NCBI GenBank assembly: GCA_963706025.1
Contig: CAVPLM010000018.1
Span: 1 to 28,179, forward strand
Source: an uncultured Actinomycetes bacterium
Lineage (GTDB): Bacteria > Actinomycetota > Thermoleophilia > RBG-16-64-13
Length of the DNA stretch: 28,179 bases
Reading direction: 5' to 3'
Shown in pieces: positions 27,027 through 28,179 of this stretch (position 1 is its first letter; every line of letters begins with the position of its first letter). A program made the translations under genes and the position numbers. Below the pieces are notes generated by a model, which saw only the letters and a list, made by a program, of their open reading frames with translations, made no database searches and was not told the DNA's origin.

Positions 27027-27072
27027 GCCCCCGCTACCATCAGAAAGCCCCGTAGAAAGCGGAGCTTTACTT
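27027..27072 (+). repeat. Third tRNA-fMet 3' fragment plus homologous downstream hairpin
   Basis: GCCCCCGCTACCATCA identical to 6044-6059, followed by AAAGCCC...GCTTTACTT as at 6062-6091. Confidence 0.8.
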
Positions 27073-27099
27073 TAGGGAAGCAAGCTTTGGAACCCTCTC

Positions 27100-27157
27100 C
27101 GCCCACGTCTTGCCCACGGTTTGCCCACGAAATTGCCCGTGATAAGCCCGTGATAAG
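27100..27157 (+). repeat. Cluster of short direct repeats (GCCCACG x3, GCCCGTGATAA x2)
   Basis: cGCCCACGtcttGCCCACGgtttGCCCACGaaattGCCCGTGATAAGCCCGTGATAAG with 11-12-bp period. Confidence 0.85.
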
Positions 27158-27304
27158 TCTCGGTCCGTGCTCTTCGAACCCCGTCTTCATCCGGTCCTCC
27201 AGGCGAAGTTTAGTGGCGTTCCTTCTCACGGGTTGAGGCTCCGGAAGCGACACTGTGAGAAGATGACCCACTGTGGATGAAGCCCTGTGGCCGCTGGAGG
27301 CTCT

Positions 27305-27940
27305 TTGGAGAAACCCCTCAAGTACACTCGGCGAACAAAGGCCGAGAGACAGAGAGAGATCGCCGAAGCCACCCTGCAGTTGGTGGCCAAGTATGGCGTC
27401 CACGGCACGACCGTCTCTCGCATCGCCGCGGCCGTGGGGCTCTCGCGGGGGGCCCTCTATAAGCATTTTCCCAGCCGGGAAGCGGTTCTTCTGGCTGCCA
27501 TGGACCTCATGGAAGAGAGACCCCCGGGCTGGGTGGCCCAGTCATCTGGACCCGACGTCTACAGGCGCCTCCTCGACATGGGTGACCGCCATGCCTCTTG
27601 GGCTTCATCTGAGTTCGAAACGTTCATCCATCCCTTGTTCGAGTTCATCGCCGCCGGCGGGCAGGGGAGTCTCAGCAGGGAGATGGGTACGAGGCAGCTC
27701 AGGGTCCTCGATGCCTTCGTCGATCTCGTCGACGCGGGGAAGCGGGAGGGAAGCATCCGCCCGGAGGTCGATTCCCGCGATGTCGCCTGGAGCCTTCTCA
27801 TGTTCGCCTGGGCAGAGGATGTCGCCCGGCTGATGGGAGTCGACCAGCTGATCACCAGCGGCGCGTCCACCAGGATCTTCCGGCGTATGCTCGCGGACGT
27901 GGCGGCCTCTCCCTCCCGCGATCGCGAGAGCGATTCCTAG
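27305..27940 (+). CDS. TetR/AcrR family transcriptional regulator
   Basis: RBS GGAGG then TTG; HTH GTTVSRIAAAVGLSRGALYKHFPSREAV. Confidence 0.93.
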   Translation: MEKPLKYTRRTKAERQREIAEATLQLVAKYGVHGTTVSRIAAAVGLSRGALYKHFPSREAVLLAAMDLMEERPPGWVAQSSGPDVYRRLLDMGDRHASWASSEFETFIHPLFEFIAAGGQGSLSREMGTRQLRVLDAFVDLVDAGKREGSIRPEVDSRDVAWSLLMFAWAEDVARLMGVDQLITSGASTRIFRRMLADVAASPSRDRESDS

Positions 27941-27966
27941 CGGCACGAAGCAAAACTCGCGTTACA

Positions 27967-28027
27967 TTGACCAACTTCAGTGGTTCTGCTAGCTTGGTTC
28001 TGCTAGCTTGGTAAACGACCGTTCACC
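27967..28027 (+). promoter_or_regulatory. Promoter with duplicated -10 and TetR-like operator
   Basis: TTGACC(27967-72)-17 bp-TAGCTT with TGn; 14-bp tandem TGGTTCTGCTAGCT x2; imperfect palindrome GGTAAACG-ac-CGTTCACC (28010-28027). Confidence 0.65.
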
Positions 28028-28080
28028 GAATGGCTCTTCAGAGCAGTTGGGTCTGGAAGCACAGCACCAAAGGGGGCGTC

Positions 28081-28179
28081 ATGGCACGGGAATCAGTAAG
28101 CCGCCGGGAGTTCCTCAAGATCGCCGGCCTGACCGGGGCAACCTTGGGCTGGGTGCCGGTCTTGGCGGGTTGGTCAGGA
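28081..28179 (+). CDS. Tat-exported protein, N-terminus only (partial)
   Basis: RBS AAGGGGG; MARESVSRREFLKIAGLTGAT with twin-arginine SRREFLK. Confidence 0.8.
   Translation, partial: MARESVSRREFLKIAGLTGATLGWVPVLAGWSG

Larger units (their letters stand above)
21453..27042. mobile_element. Probable second tandem island segment (Mo uptake cargo, no integrase)
   Basis: Bounded by the 44-bp att and a third tRNA-fMet 3' fragment at 27027-27042. Confidence 0.55.

Overview
High-GC bacterial DNA, probably an actinobacterium (Thermoleophilia-like is my inference from protein style). Positions 1-5.7 kb are ordinary chromosome: ABC ATPase, AlkD-like and Tag-like glycosylases, thiolase, NifU and an NlpC/P60 hydrolase. 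An initiator tRNA-Met (5980-6056) anchors a composite genomic island; its 3' end recurs at 21409-21452 (44 bp identical) and at 27027-27042 (16 bp plus a similar downstream hairpin). In the first 15.4-kb segment, phage/satellite-like remnants (DnaB C-terminus, Zn-finger ORF, putative regulator, truncated tyrosine integrase) are interrupted by the most striking feature: five copies of a ~120-bp non-coding element at ~7.4, 9.0, 9.65, 12.0 and 15.0 kb. Each copy is a tRNA-Ser-like 3' half, a hairpin and 11-12-bp-period direct repeats resembling integrase arm sites. They delimit four integrase-free cargo units (flavin monooxygenase; small membrane protein; nitroreductase-like protein plus hydrolase; DUF6141/rhodanese/molybdoenzyme), like an integron-style cassette array built from tRNA-derived att sites. 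Next is a stack of three AbiEi-like antitoxin modules with visible inverted-repeat operators; only the last keeps an intact nucleotidyltransferase toxin. The second segment carries a heavily frameshifted MFS-moaE-modCBA-modE cluster (possibly sequencing error), followed by a TetR gene and the start of a Tat-exported protein. All family calls are from motif recognition by eye; no searches were run.
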